Assembly: GCA_026196105.1 (NCBI GenBank)
Contig: JAPHRK010000050.1
Span: forward strand, 1,455-65,454
Reading direction: 5' to 3'
Length of the DNA: 64,000 nt
DNA from: Rhodospirillales bacterium
GTDB lineage: Bacteria > Pseudomonadota > Alphaproteobacteria > Rhodospirillales > JAPHRK01
Shown here: piece after piece, positions 40,566-49,325 of the stretch
Position numbering within the stretch: position 1 is the first letter of the stretch
Layout: every line of letters begins with the position of its first letter
Program-made: the position numbers and the translations under genes
Notes under the pieces: generated by a model
Databases searched by the model: none
What the model saw: only the letters and a program-made list of their open reading frames with translations
What the model was told of the DNA's origin: nothing

Positions 40566-40600
40566 AAAACCCGCTCCCTAAAGGGGCGGGTTTTGTTGTT
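40566..40600 (+). terminator. rho-independent terminator after tRNA-Ala
   Basis: CCCGCTCC-CTAAA-GGGGCGGG followed by TTTTGTTGTTT. Confidence 0.8.
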
Positions 40601-40713
40601 TCTGGGTTCTCATGCATATGGACAAATTTTTTAAGAATAGACCCTTAAAACCCTCAGTGTTAGTCTGCTCTATCAACGTTCCTTAAAGAGGGCGTTTTTA
40701 GGGGTGTGCGTAT

Positions 40714-42327
40714 ATGTCTAGATATAAAGCTGATGTTGTTGTTATTGGCGGTGGGATTGCGGGGATTGTTACGGCGCTGGAGGTGATCCAGTCTGGGAAA
40801 TCTGTGGTTCTGATTGATCGTGACACAGAAGATCGATTCGGAGGGCTTGCCAAGGAGTCCTTTGGCGGCATGTTCTTCGTTGATAGCCCGGAACAACGCC
40901 GTGGGGGGATTAAAGATAGTCAGGAACTCGCCTTTGCAGACTGGCAGAGTTTTGCTGAATTTGGGCCAGACGAGGTTTGGACCAAACGTTGGGCTGAACT
41001 CATGGTCGAGCGTTGTACCCCTGATATTTACGAGTGGATTAAGCCCCAAGGGGTGAGCTATTTACCCGTGGTCGGCTGGGTTGAGAGGGGACAATATACC
41101 CCGGGGAATTCTGTGCCGCGCTTCCATATCGTTTGGGGAACAGGCCAAGGGTTAACCAAAGCCCTTATTCACAGCTTGGATCATGATGACCATGCTTTTA
41201 AGCTCAAGCGGGTTTTTGGTCACAAAGTTGAAGCCCTAGATTATGAAGGCGGCAAGCTTAAAGGCTGCGTCGGGCAGATGGATGAAGGCCGAGGGGTGTT
41301 TCATGCCGAAGGGGATGCCGTGGTTATTGCTGCCGGAGGCATTAACGGCAATATGGACCTAGTCCGCCAACATTGGCACTCTGATTGGGGAGATACACCA
41401 CCTGAAACCATCCTTAATGGATCGCATAAATTTGCTGATGGTCTCATGCACGCCAGCGTTAAAGAAAATGGCGGGCAAGTAACCCATCTGGAACGTATGT
41501 GGAATTATGCAGCAGGGGTGCACCACCCTAGACCACATAAAAAGAATCATGGCCTTAGTCTTGTTCCCTGTAAATCTGCTCTGTGGATGGATGCGCACGG
41601 ACGGCGAATTGGACCTGAACCTCTGGTGTCGGGCTTTGATACCCGAGAGTTGATCTCCAATATTTGTCGACAGGAACATAAATATTCCTGGCAAATCCTT
41701 AATAAGAAAATCGCTCTTAAGGAACTTGCTGTTTCAGGGGCTGAGTTTAACCCCACCATTAGAGATCAGAAACGCCTCGCTTTCTTGCGAAACATCCTGT
41801 TTGGCAATCATGAGCTTGTTGATGATATGGTTAACAACTGCATTGATTTTGTTACGGCAAACTCTGTCGGGGAACTTGCAGAGAAGATGAATGCTTTGGA
41901 GAACCCAGTTAAGATTAAAGCCTCCGATATGGAAGCTGATATTTTGGCTTATGACGCACAGTTTGAGCGGGGTGAAGGGTTCTTCAATGATGATCAAATT
42001 CGCCGCATTCAGCACCTGCGAAATTATAAAGGTGATAAAGTCCGCACCTGCAAAAACCAACGTATTCTCGACCAAAAAGCCATGCCATTGATTGCGATTC
42101 GAGAATTTATTATCAGCCGAAAAAGTTTAGGCGGCATTCAAACCGACCTTCAGAGCAGGGTTCTGAATTCTAATGGCGCCCCTATGGAAGGGCTTTATGC
42201 GGTGGGAGAGGCCGCCGGGTTTGGCGGTGGCGGTATCCATGGCCTGCGCGCCTTAGAAGGAACCTTCCTAGGGAGTTGTATCCTCACGGCCCGCCAAGCG
42301 GCAAAATCCATTAATCAGGGAAAATAA
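40714..42327 (+). CDS. FAD-binding dehydrogenase (succinate dehydrogenase/fumarate reductase flavoprotein-like, KstD-like)
   Basis: 537 aa with an N-terminal dinucleotide fold (DVVVIGGGIAGIV) and the C-terminal FAD motif GLYAVGEAAGFGGGGIHG. Confidence 0.8.
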   Translation: MSRYKADVVVIGGGIAGIVTALEVIQSGKSVVLIDRDTEDRFGGLAKESFGGMFFVDSPEQRRGGIKDSQELAFADWQSFAEFGPDEVWTKRWAELMVERCTPDIYEWIKPQGVSYLPVVGWVERGQYTPGNSVPRFHIVWGTGQGLTKALIHSLDHDDHAFKLKRVFGHKVEALDYEGGKLKGCVGQMDEGRGVFHAEGDAVVIAAGGINGNMDLVRQHWHSDWGDTPPETILNGSHKFADGLMHASVKENGGQVTHLERMWNYAAGVHHPRPHKKNHGLSLVPCKSALWMDAHGRRIGPEPLVSGFDTRELISNICRQEHKYSWQILNKKIALKELAVSGAEFNPTIRDQKRLAFLRNILFGNHELVDDMVNNCIDFVTANSVGELAEKMNALENPVKIKASDMEADILAYDAQFERGEGFFNDDQIRRIQHLRNYKGDKVRTCKNQRILDQKAMPLIAIREFIISRKSLGGIQTDLQSRVLNSNGAPMEGLYAVGEAAGFGGGGIHGLRALEGTFLGSCILTARQAAKSINQGK

Positions 42328-42333
42328 GGAAAA

Positions 42334-44082
42334 TTGTTTATGAAGAAGACCGGCGCACAATTGGCTGTTTTTGCCCTCGAACAATTGGGTATTCGTCATA
42401 CTTTTGGTATTCCAGGGGTTCATAACACCGAGGTTTATGATGAGCTTAACAAGTCCAAACTCATCACACCAATTCTGGTAACCCACGAAGGCGGCGCCTC
42501 CTTCATGGCTGACGCGGTGAGCCGGGTGAGTGATTATTTGGGTACTTTGGTGATTGTCCCAGCAGCAGGTGCTACCCATGCTGCCAGTGGTATTGGTGAA
42601 GCTTTCCTTGATGGCATTCCCATGCTGGTGATTTGTGGCGGGGTGCGCTCCGATTCCCAATTCAAATATCAACTTCATGAGATGGACCAACATGCCTTGC
42701 TTTCAGGCATTACCAAGAAAAGCTTTTTCATTGAGACCCATGAGCAGGTTATCCCAACCTTGTACGAAGCCCATAAGGTTGCTCAGGAAGGAGTACCCGG
42801 TCCGGTTTTTGTTGAATTACCCGTTAACCTGCAACTCATGACTGGGCCTGTCTCTGGCATGCCGACCTATAGTGCCGAAACGCAGGCTTCCGATGTGGCT
42901 GCTGATAAAATTGCAGAGGCAGCCAAACTTATTCGCACAGCTAAACGTCCGGGGCTTTTTGTTGGTTGGGGCGCGATGGACGCCGCTAAAGAAGTGATGG
43001 CTTTAGCTGAACTAATGGATGCGCCAGTTTCAACCACCTTGCAGGGGCTGAGTGTTTTCCCAGGTAACCACGCTTTGCATGCCGGGTTTGGTTTTGGGGC
43101 GTCGGCTGTACCCAGTGCCCAGAACGCTTTTGCCGATTGTGACTGTATGGTGGCGATTGGGACTAAGTTCAGTGAAATTGGCACCGGGAGTTTTGGGGTT
43201 CTCCCCCCTGCCAACCTTATTCATATTGATATTGATCCAGAAGCCATTGATGCCAATTTCCCGGCTGCCCAAGGGATCGTTGGAGATGCGGGAGTTGTTT
43301 TGAAAGCGTTGCTGGCTGAATTAGGCAATGACGCCGGGCAAGACCAACGAAGCGCAAGCGCGACAGCCGTTAAAGATAAAATCAAAACCGATAAAGTGGC
43401 TTACCGTGAAGAGTGGCGTCAACATGACAGCGGTGAAAGAGTAAACCCTGAGGGGTTCTTTAGCCACTTACGCCAATCTTGTGATGATGAAGCCATCATT
43501 GTTGCTGATGATGGCAATCATACCTTCCTGACAGCGGAACTCATGCCCATTCACAAGCCCAAGGCATTTATCTGCCCAACAGACTTTAATGCCATGGGTT
43601 ACGCGGTCCCTGCTGCGATTGGAGCTAAGATGGCCCAGCCGGAAAAGGTTGTTGCTGCTATTGTTGGCGATGGTTGTTTTACCATGACCTGTATGGAAAT
43701 TTTGACGGCAACGCGTAATAACCTTGGCGTCATATTCTATGTTTTCCGAGATGGTGAGCTGTCACAAATCGCCCAAGCCCAAGAAATCCCTTACAACCGC
43801 AAACCCTGTACAAACTTAGATGTGCTGAATTGTGAAGGCGTGGCTATGGCGACAGGGGCAGGGTATCTCAAGCTTGAAGGCAAGGACGATGTCTCAACGA
43901 TTATGAAAGAAGCCCTGAGAATTGCGGGTGAAGGTCGCCCGGTGGTGGTTGAAGTTGCCATCGACTACTCCAAACGCACCGCCTACACCATTGGTGCGGT
44001 GAAAACCAACCTGTCTCGCTTTGATATCAAAACGAAACTCCGTTTCATCGGGCGTGCTGTGGTGCGGAAAGTGACAGGGTGA
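42334..44082 (+). CDS. thiamine-diphosphate-dependent enzyme (acetolactate synthase-like family, specificity unknown)
   Basis: 582 aa with TPP N-domain motifs (FGIPGVHNTEVYD, HEGGASFMAD) and the TPP-binding motif GDGCF...N. It starts 6 nt after the FAD gene. Confidence 0.8.
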   Translation: MFMKKTGAQLAVFALEQLGIRHTFGIPGVHNTEVYDELNKSKLITPILVTHEGGASFMADAVSRVSDYLGTLVIVPAAGATHAASGIGEAFLDGIPMLVICGGVRSDSQFKYQLHEMDQHALLSGITKKSFFIETHEQVIPTLYEAHKVAQEGVPGPVFVELPVNLQLMTGPVSGMPTYSAETQASDVAADKIAEAAKLIRTAKRPGLFVGWGAMDAAKEVMALAELMDAPVSTTLQGLSVFPGNHALHAGFGFGASAVPSAQNAFADCDCMVAIGTKFSEIGTGSFGVLPPANLIHIDIDPEAIDANFPAAQGIVGDAGVVLKALLAELGNDAGQDQRSASATAVKDKIKTDKVAYREEWRQHDSGERVNPEGFFSHLRQSCDDEAIIVADDGNHTFLTAELMPIHKPKAFICPTDFNAMGYAVPAAIGAKMAQPEKVVAAIVGDGCFTMTCMEILTATRNNLGVIFYVFRDGELSQIAQAQEIPYNRKPCTNLDVLNCEGVAMATGAGYLKLEGKDDVSTIMKEALRIAGEGRPVVVEVAIDYSKRTAYTIGAVKTNLSRFDIKTKLRFIGRAVVRKVTG

Positions 44083-44120
44083 CTGGGTTAAGATTAGAGG
44101 GTAAGTAAAAATCAGAGAAA

Positions 44121-44900
44121 TCACTTAGCATAAATCTTCAAGAGAATATCTTTACCAAATAAGGTGCTATCAGATAGGGAGACCTCTTCTCCTTCTAAGG
44201 TTTTGACTTCATACCCCAAGCCATAAAACTGATTAATTAAATTTATGAAATTTTCCTTATTCTGTTCTAGGTCATGAAACTCTACAATCATCGACCGAAT
44301 ACTCTTTGGAGTAACTTCTGGCAGAGTTAGTAATTGATATTCGTGGCCCTCTACATCGAGTTTTAAAAAATCCACAGGTTTTTCTAGGATTCTTCGGAAG
44401 TCAACGGCTTCTACTTCAATTTCAATTCCATCCTGATCTAATGAATCTCGTCCAGATATGGAGGCATTCAAAGACGCCGGGCAATCAGGTAAAGTAAAGA
44501 ATTTAACAGTACCATCTGAGGTATGAAGGGCTTTATTAAAAAGTTGATACCTTCTTTGATCAGTTTTTGACGAACCGATTGTCTTTTTTAGTAAATCATA
44601 TGTATCAGGATTTGCTTCATAGGCTTCGACATGGGCTTGGGGAAATTTTGTCAAAAAATATAAAACCGATAGACCAATGTTCGCGCCTCCATCGATAATG
44701 CGGGCATTATCTGGTAATGAAATGGGCGGCTGATAACAGTGCTTTCGAAAAATCTCTTTGTAGACACCTGACGGCATCCATGAACCAAAGTGTAAGCGGG
44801 CATAAGGATAAAATATCCTTAATGAAGTCCAGTTGATCCAATTCTTCTTAACAGCGATACCCACTTTGCGAATTAGGAAATTTTGAAGTCTCGCAAACAC
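44121..44900 (-). CDS. FkbM-family SAM-dependent methyltransferase, low-GC orphan
   Basis: 259 aa (IIDGGANIGLSVLYF, LKLDVEGHEYQLL). A hand count of 240 nt gives about 37% GC, against about 50% in the adjacent dehydrogenase gene. Confidence 0.75.
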   Translation of the reverse strand: MFARLQNFLIRKVGIAVKKNWINWTSLRIFYPYARLHFGSWMPSGVYKEIFRKHCYQPPISLPDNARIIDGGANIGLSVLYFLTKFPQAHVEAYEANPDTYDLLKKTIGSSKTDQRRYQLFNKALHTSDGTVKFFTLPDCPASLNASISGRDSLDQDGIEIEVEAVDFRRILEKPVDFLKLDVEGHEYQLLTLPEVTPKSIRSMIVEFHDLEQNKENFINLINQFYGLGYEVKTLEGEEVSLSDSTLFGKDILLKIYAK

Positions 44901-44971
44901 AGCTTTAGCCTTTCAAAATTGCCATTAATTCAGCAAATTCGTTGTCAAAAACAGAAATAATTAATGTTCTC

Positions 44972-45985
44972 TTAGAACATGGTTTCAATCACACGATCAG
45001 GCGGGTTATGGCCGTCCATGAAGGTTTGGATGTTGATGAGGACACGTTCGCCCATGTCGACGCGGCCTTCAACGGTAGCTGAGGCCATGTGGGGGAGTAG
45101 GACCACGTTGTCTAGGTTGAGAAGTTTGGGGCTGATGGCGGGTTCGTTCTCGAACACATCAAGGCCTGCTCCGGCAATATCACCATTAACTAACATCCGG
45201 GTAAGGGCATTTTCGTCGACCACTTGGCCCCGTGAAGCGTTGATCACATAAGCATGGGGTTGCAAAAGCTTAAGTCGACGAGCTGAAAGAAGGTGGTAGG
45301 TCGCTGGGGTATGGGGGACATGAACGGAGACGATGTCAACACGAGCCAACATTTGGTCCAGGCTTTCCCAATAGGTGGCATCTACGCCATTTTCAAACTC
45401 TTCAGTCACTCGGTGGCGATTGTGATAGTGAATAGACATGCCAAAGGCTTTAGCCCGATGTGCGACAGCCTGACCAATGGCGCCCATGCCAACGATTCCC
45501 AAGCGCTTGCCGTTAATCCGGCTGCCAAGCATCCAGGTTGGGGACCAGCCTTCCCACTTTCCGCTTCTGGCAACGCGTTCACCTTCAGCCAAACGACGGC
45601 CAGTAGCTAAGATCATAGCCAGGGTCATGTCGGCTGTGTCTTCAGAAAGAACATCCGGGGTGTTTGAAACAGAAATACCTTTGCGGCGGCAGGTGGCGAG
45701 ATCGATATGATCAACACCATTACCAAAATTTGCAATCAATCGGAGATTGTCGCCTGCAGCAGAAAGAACGGCTGGGTTAATCACATCGGTAACTGTTGGT
45801 ACTAGAACATCAGCTTCGGCAATGGCTTCTTTGAGCTCGGCCACAGACATAGGTTTGTCTTCGAGGTTTAACTTAACGTCAAACAACTCCATCATTCTTG
45901 TTTCAATGATGTCAGGAAGTTTGCGTGTAACCACGACAACGGGTTTTTTGGGTTTTTGCGTATGCGGCATTCCGAGAGTCTCCAA
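44972..45985 (-). CDS. D-isomer-specific 2-hydroxyacid dehydrogenase (glyoxylate/hydroxypyruvate reductase-like)
   Basis: 337 aa with the NAD fold LGIVGMGAIGQAVA and catalytic region NASRGQVVDE...PHMASAT. The start may be the ATG at 45970. Confidence 0.88.
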   Translation of the reverse strand: METLGMPHTQKPKKPVVVVTRKLPDIIETRMMELFDVKLNLEDKPMSVAELKEAIAEADVLVPTVTDVINPAVLSAAGDNLRLIANFGNGVDHIDLATCRRKGISVSNTPDVLSEDTADMTLAMILATGRRLAEGERVARSGKWEGWSPTWMLGSRINGKRLGIVGMGAIGQAVAHRAKAFGMSIHYHNRHRVTEEFENGVDATYWESLDQMLARVDIVSVHVPHTPATYHLLSARRLKLLQPHAYVINASRGQVVDENALTRMLVNGDIAGAGLDVFENEPAISPKLLNLDNVVLLPHMASATVEGRVDMGERVLINIQTFMDGHNPPDRVIETMF

Positions 45986-46141
45986 AATATTATACCAAAG
46001 CTTGGTATTAAATGTTCCTTAGGTGTTGGGGTAACAATATTGGTCCTACTCTGTCCAGTATTGAGTAGCCTCAAGAGGTGATTTTGGGGTATTTTTTTGC
46101 TATTGCCAAACACCAACTTGTCTTAAGGACCTTTTGACCCC

Positions 46142-46678
46142 ATGAAACTCTCTCTAAGAGCGACAATCTTAGCTTCTTTTATCGCGCTGTTTTCTTCTTT
46201 CGGGTTCGGCACAGGGTTATTTTTAGGCCCAAACGATTCCTTTGCTGCTGGGAAAGGAACCGGACTCCCTCTTCCTCGATTCGTGTCGCTTAGAGCAAAT
46301 GAAGTAAATATGAGAGCGGGGCCTTCAGTACGTTATCCTGTTGAATGGGTTTATAAACGCAATCGATTACCGGTGGAGATTATTGCTGAATTTGATACTT
46401 GGCGGAAAATTCGCGATTCTCAAGGCGGGCAAGGCTGGGTCCATAAAAGTATGTTAAGCGCAACTAGAACTTTTATTTCTGTTGGTAAAGTTCGCACCCT
46501 CCGGGCCAAAGCAGATACCAGTTCGGCTGCTGTAGCTAAAGTTGAACCAAATGTAGTCGGGCGCATTCTAGAGTGCCCCCTTGAGATGCTCTGGTGCCGT
46601 GTTGTTTCCCAAGGCTATGAAGGATGGTTGCGCCGTGGAGAGTTTTGGGGCGTCTACAGGGATGAAAAGATTAAGTAG
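46142..46678 (+). CDS. secreted SH3-like domain protein (COG3807/DUF1058-like)
   Basis: 178 aa with a signal peptide. The conserved segment is LPLPRFVSLRANEVNMRAGP...GWVHKSMLS. Confidence 0.75.
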   Translation: MKLSLRATILASFIALFSSFGFGTGLFLGPNDSFAAGKGTGLPLPRFVSLRANEVNMRAGPSVRYPVEWVYKRNRLPVEIIAEFDTWRKIRDSQGGQGWVHKSMLSATRTFISVGKVRTLRAKADTSSAAVAKVEPNVVGRILECPLEMLWCRVVSQGYEGWLRRGEFWGVYRDEKIK

Positions 46679-46770
46679 ACACGTTGAGCCCTCAGTTAGC
46701 TTCTAACAAAAGTAACTTGCAGCCCTTCTTCTTTTCTCGGTAAGGTGGCGAGAATAAAGAGGGGGGAACC

Positions 46771-48549
46771 TTGTTCGAATTCGTTGTAAATATAATAAAC
46801 ACGCTTGGGGTTTTCACCTCTTCAGTGATTGGACTAATTAGCGCTGTCCTTCTTGTTTACGCAGGTCGCTTGGGCTTGCGTGCCGCGCGCCTGAGTGCTG
46901 GTTCTTCTCAAACAACTGTGGTCAGGTTACCTCTGTCGGGCTCCACCCCAAATAATCTGCCACCAAGGAATTTAGACTTCACGGGTCGGGAGGAATTGCT
47001 TACCAGCCTCCATGATGCCCTGCAATCCAACCAGGCTACATCCCTGACTCAGGCGGTTGCCGGGCTTGGTGGGGTAGGCAAAACGGAATTGGCCTTGGAA
47101 TATGCCCATCGCTTTGGTGGTGACTATGGACTTGTTTGGTGGCTCAGGGCGGAAACACCGGAAAGCCTGATGACCAGCTTTGTGGAACTGGCCCCTTATC
47201 TGGGTCTGGAAGCGGACGGACAGGACGAAACCGCTCAGCGTAACCAAATCAAAACCCTGTTGGCTCAGCGCAAAGACTGGTTGTTGGTTTTTGACAATGC
47301 GGAGAAACCCAGTGATTTAAACGACTTCCTGCCTGGTGGCGAAGGGCATGTGTTGATCACCACCCGCCGCCAAACCTGGGATAGTGCCCACCCCTTCCCC
47401 ATTGATGTGATGACCGAAGACGAGGCGGTCAAATTGTTGCTCAAAGGCAAACCCAATGAAGACAAAGAAACGGCTTTAGCCTTAGCCCAGGACCTGGGAT
47501 GCCTGCCCCTTGCCCTGTCCCACGCCATTGCTTACACCGGGGAGGCTAAAATCGACTTTGTCGCCTATCGTCAATTGCTGGCAAATAGCGGCCCAAAGCT
47601 GCTGGCAAAACAGGTGGCAAACAAAGGAACCTACGAAAAAACCGTTGCCACCACCTGGGCCATCTCGATGGAAAAATTAAGCGAAGATGCCAAAGCTCTG
47701 CTTACCTTCCTCTCCTTCATGGCCCCGGAAGAAATTCCCCTGGATATGATCAAGGACCACGGAGAGCATTTGCCATCTTCCTTAAATGAAGCTCTTTCCG
47801 ACGGTCTGCGCTGCACCGAGATGATTCGAGAGCTTCGCTGCTATTCCTTGGTTTCCCGAGAAGAAGGAAGAGAGGGGGAAGAAAACCTTTCTTTGCACAG
47901 ATTGGTACAAGAGGTCACCCGTCACAGCCTAGAAGAAGACAAATTTGACCATTGGCTCACAACTAGCATCAAAATCTTGAAAGAAGCTCTCCCCTGGTTT
48001 CCCCACAACACCTATGACAGGGAGGTGGCAAAAGGTGTAGATCGACTACAAAACCATTGCCTTACCGCTGCTGAGATGGGGAAAAAGAACCAGTGTGCCC
48101 TGGAGGAAACGTCAACTCTTTTCACGAATATTGGTTTCTATCGATGGATGCGCGCTGACAACAGGGGAGCTGAGTCTTTATACAAAACCGCCCTTGAGGT
48201 CGGCGAGAAGGCCTTGGGGGAAGATCACCCTGGTGTCGCTATAGGTCTCAGCAATCTGGCCCAGCTTTACCAAGATACCAACCGTCTTGTTAAGGCCGAA
48301 CCCCTGATGGAGCGTGCCCTTGAGGTCGACAAAAAGGCCTTCGGGGATGACCACCCTAATGTTGCCAGAGATCTCAACAATTTGGCAGGGCTTTACGAAG
48401 CCACCAACCGCCTTGATAAGGCTGAACCCTTGTATGAGCGGGCGGTGATTATATTTGTTGCGTCTTTGGGCGAGGATCACCCCAATACACAAACGGTTAT
48501 AAATAATTTGGCGGGTTTACGGGCGGAAATGGCAGCGCGAGGCAAATAG
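46771..48549 (+). CDS. membrane-anchored STAND NTPase: TM helix + NB-ARC + TPR repeats
   Basis: 592 aa with a TTG start 6 nt after GAGGGGGG. It has an N-terminal hydrophobic helix. NB-ARC motifs are P-loop GLGGVGKTELA, Walker B LLVFDNAE, VLITTRR and LGCLPLALSHA. There are three 42-aa KLC-type TPRs (GEDHPGVA..., GDDHPNVA..., GEDHPNTQ...). Confidence 0.8.
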   Translation: MFEFVVNIINTLGVFTSSVIGLISAVLLVYAGRLGLRAARLSAGSSQTTVVRLPLSGSTPNNLPPRNLDFTGREELLTSLHDALQSNQATSLTQAVAGLGGVGKTELALEYAHRFGGDYGLVWWLRAETPESLMTSFVELAPYLGLEADGQDETAQRNQIKTLLAQRKDWLLVFDNAEKPSDLNDFLPGGEGHVLITTRRQTWDSAHPFPIDVMTEDEAVKLLLKGKPNEDKETALALAQDLGCLPLALSHAIAYTGEAKIDFVAYRQLLANSGPKLLAKQVANKGTYEKTVATTWAISMEKLSEDAKALLTFLSFMAPEEIPLDMIKDHGEHLPSSLNEALSDGLRCTEMIRELRCYSLVSREEGREGEENLSLHRLVQEVTRHSLEEDKFDHWLTTSIKILKEALPWFPHNTYDREVAKGVDRLQNHCLTAAEMGKKNQCALEETSTLFTNIGFYRWMRADNRGAESLYKTALEVGEKALGEDHPGVAIGLSNLAQLYQDTNRLVKAEPLMERALEVDKKAFGDDHPNVARDLNNLAGLYEATNRLDKAEPLYERAVIIFVASLGEDHPNTQTVINNLAGLRAEMAARGK

Positions 48550-48662
48550 CCCCTATCGGGTATGGTTGGGCTTGTTCCGGCTACCAACTCTTCCCTTGCC
48601 TCCCATCAGCTGAAGAAAGACAACCCGAGGCTCCCTTTTGAGGAGGGATATGGGCCGGGCAC

Positions 48663-48705
48663 GAAAAAAGGCGCAGCACCATATAAGGTTTGCGCCTTTA
48701 ATATT
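48663..48705. terminator. bidirectional terminator between the convergent STAND gene and irr
   Basis: Stem AGGCGCA/TGCGCCT with a 15-nt loop. AAAAAA lies on one side and TTTAATATTCTTT on the other. Confidence 0.55.
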
Positions 48706-48731
48706 CTTTGTTGAAAAAAGCTTAAGAGCTA

Positions 48732-49139
48732 TTAGGCTCTGGCTAATCTCACAACAACGTCCACTTGCTTGATCACAGAGCCTTCAGGCGCTATGGGCAT
48801 GTGGGTGATAGCTAGGGCTTCGTCGTCAATATCTGCTAAGCAGCCACTATCTTCATAGAAGAAATGGTGATGGGCAGTTGTGTTGGTGTCAAAGTATGAA
48901 CGACCAGCATCAACAACGATTTCGCGCAACAGGCCAGCAGTCGTGAACTGATGCAGCGTGTTGTATACAGTAGCGAGAGAAACGCGGATAGTTGCCCCTA
49001 AAGCTTCCGTATGAAGTTGTTCAGCAGTGATATGACGATCACCATTTTCAAAAAGTAGCTTCGCAAGGGCAAGACGTTGCCGGGTAGGGCGAAGGCCCGC
49101 AGTGCGAAGACGGTCGAGAACCTGGGTATATGGTCTCAC
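48732..49139 (-). CDS. irr: Fur-family iron response regulator, Irr-like
   Basis: 135 aa with the Fur-family winged helix (RPTRQRLALAKLL...LATVYNTLHQFTTAGLL) and an HHH motif (TTAHHHFF) as in Irr. The C-terminal Cys-x2-Cys pairs of classical Fur are absent. Confidence 0.75.
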   Translation of the reverse strand: MRPYTQVLDRLRTAGLRPTRQRLALAKLLFENGDRHITAEQLHTEALGATIRVSLATVYNTLHQFTTAGLLREIVVDAGRSYFDTNTTAHHHFFYEDSGCLADIDDEALAITHMPIAPEGSVIKQVDVVVRLARA

Positions 49140-49325
49140 GGCTTTATTTCCTCCTAAAGCTTGGCTCCCGAAGTAGAGCCATAATTTTCAATGTTTTTCA
49201 GTTTTTTATTAGATTATCTTAAAATGGAATTATTCGCAATAAAAACTAGAAAGCCCATTTTGTTTGTTCTTTTTCAAATTTGACTAATTCTATACTAAGT
49301 CAAAAAGTGAAAACATTAACTCCGG

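Noticed and set aside
40487-46700. Possible tRNA-Ala-anchored genomic island.
   Set aside because: There is no integrase, no duplicated tRNA 3' segment (att site) that I could find, and no mobility genes. Most genes have normal composition. Only the FkbM gene is compositionally odd.
48170-48500. About 126-bp periodic DNA similarity that could be taken for a tandem repeat array.
   Set aside because: It is fully explained by three consecutive 42-aa TPR units of the STAND protein (GEDHPGVA / GDDHPNVA / GEDHPNTQ). It is not CRISPR or a satellite.
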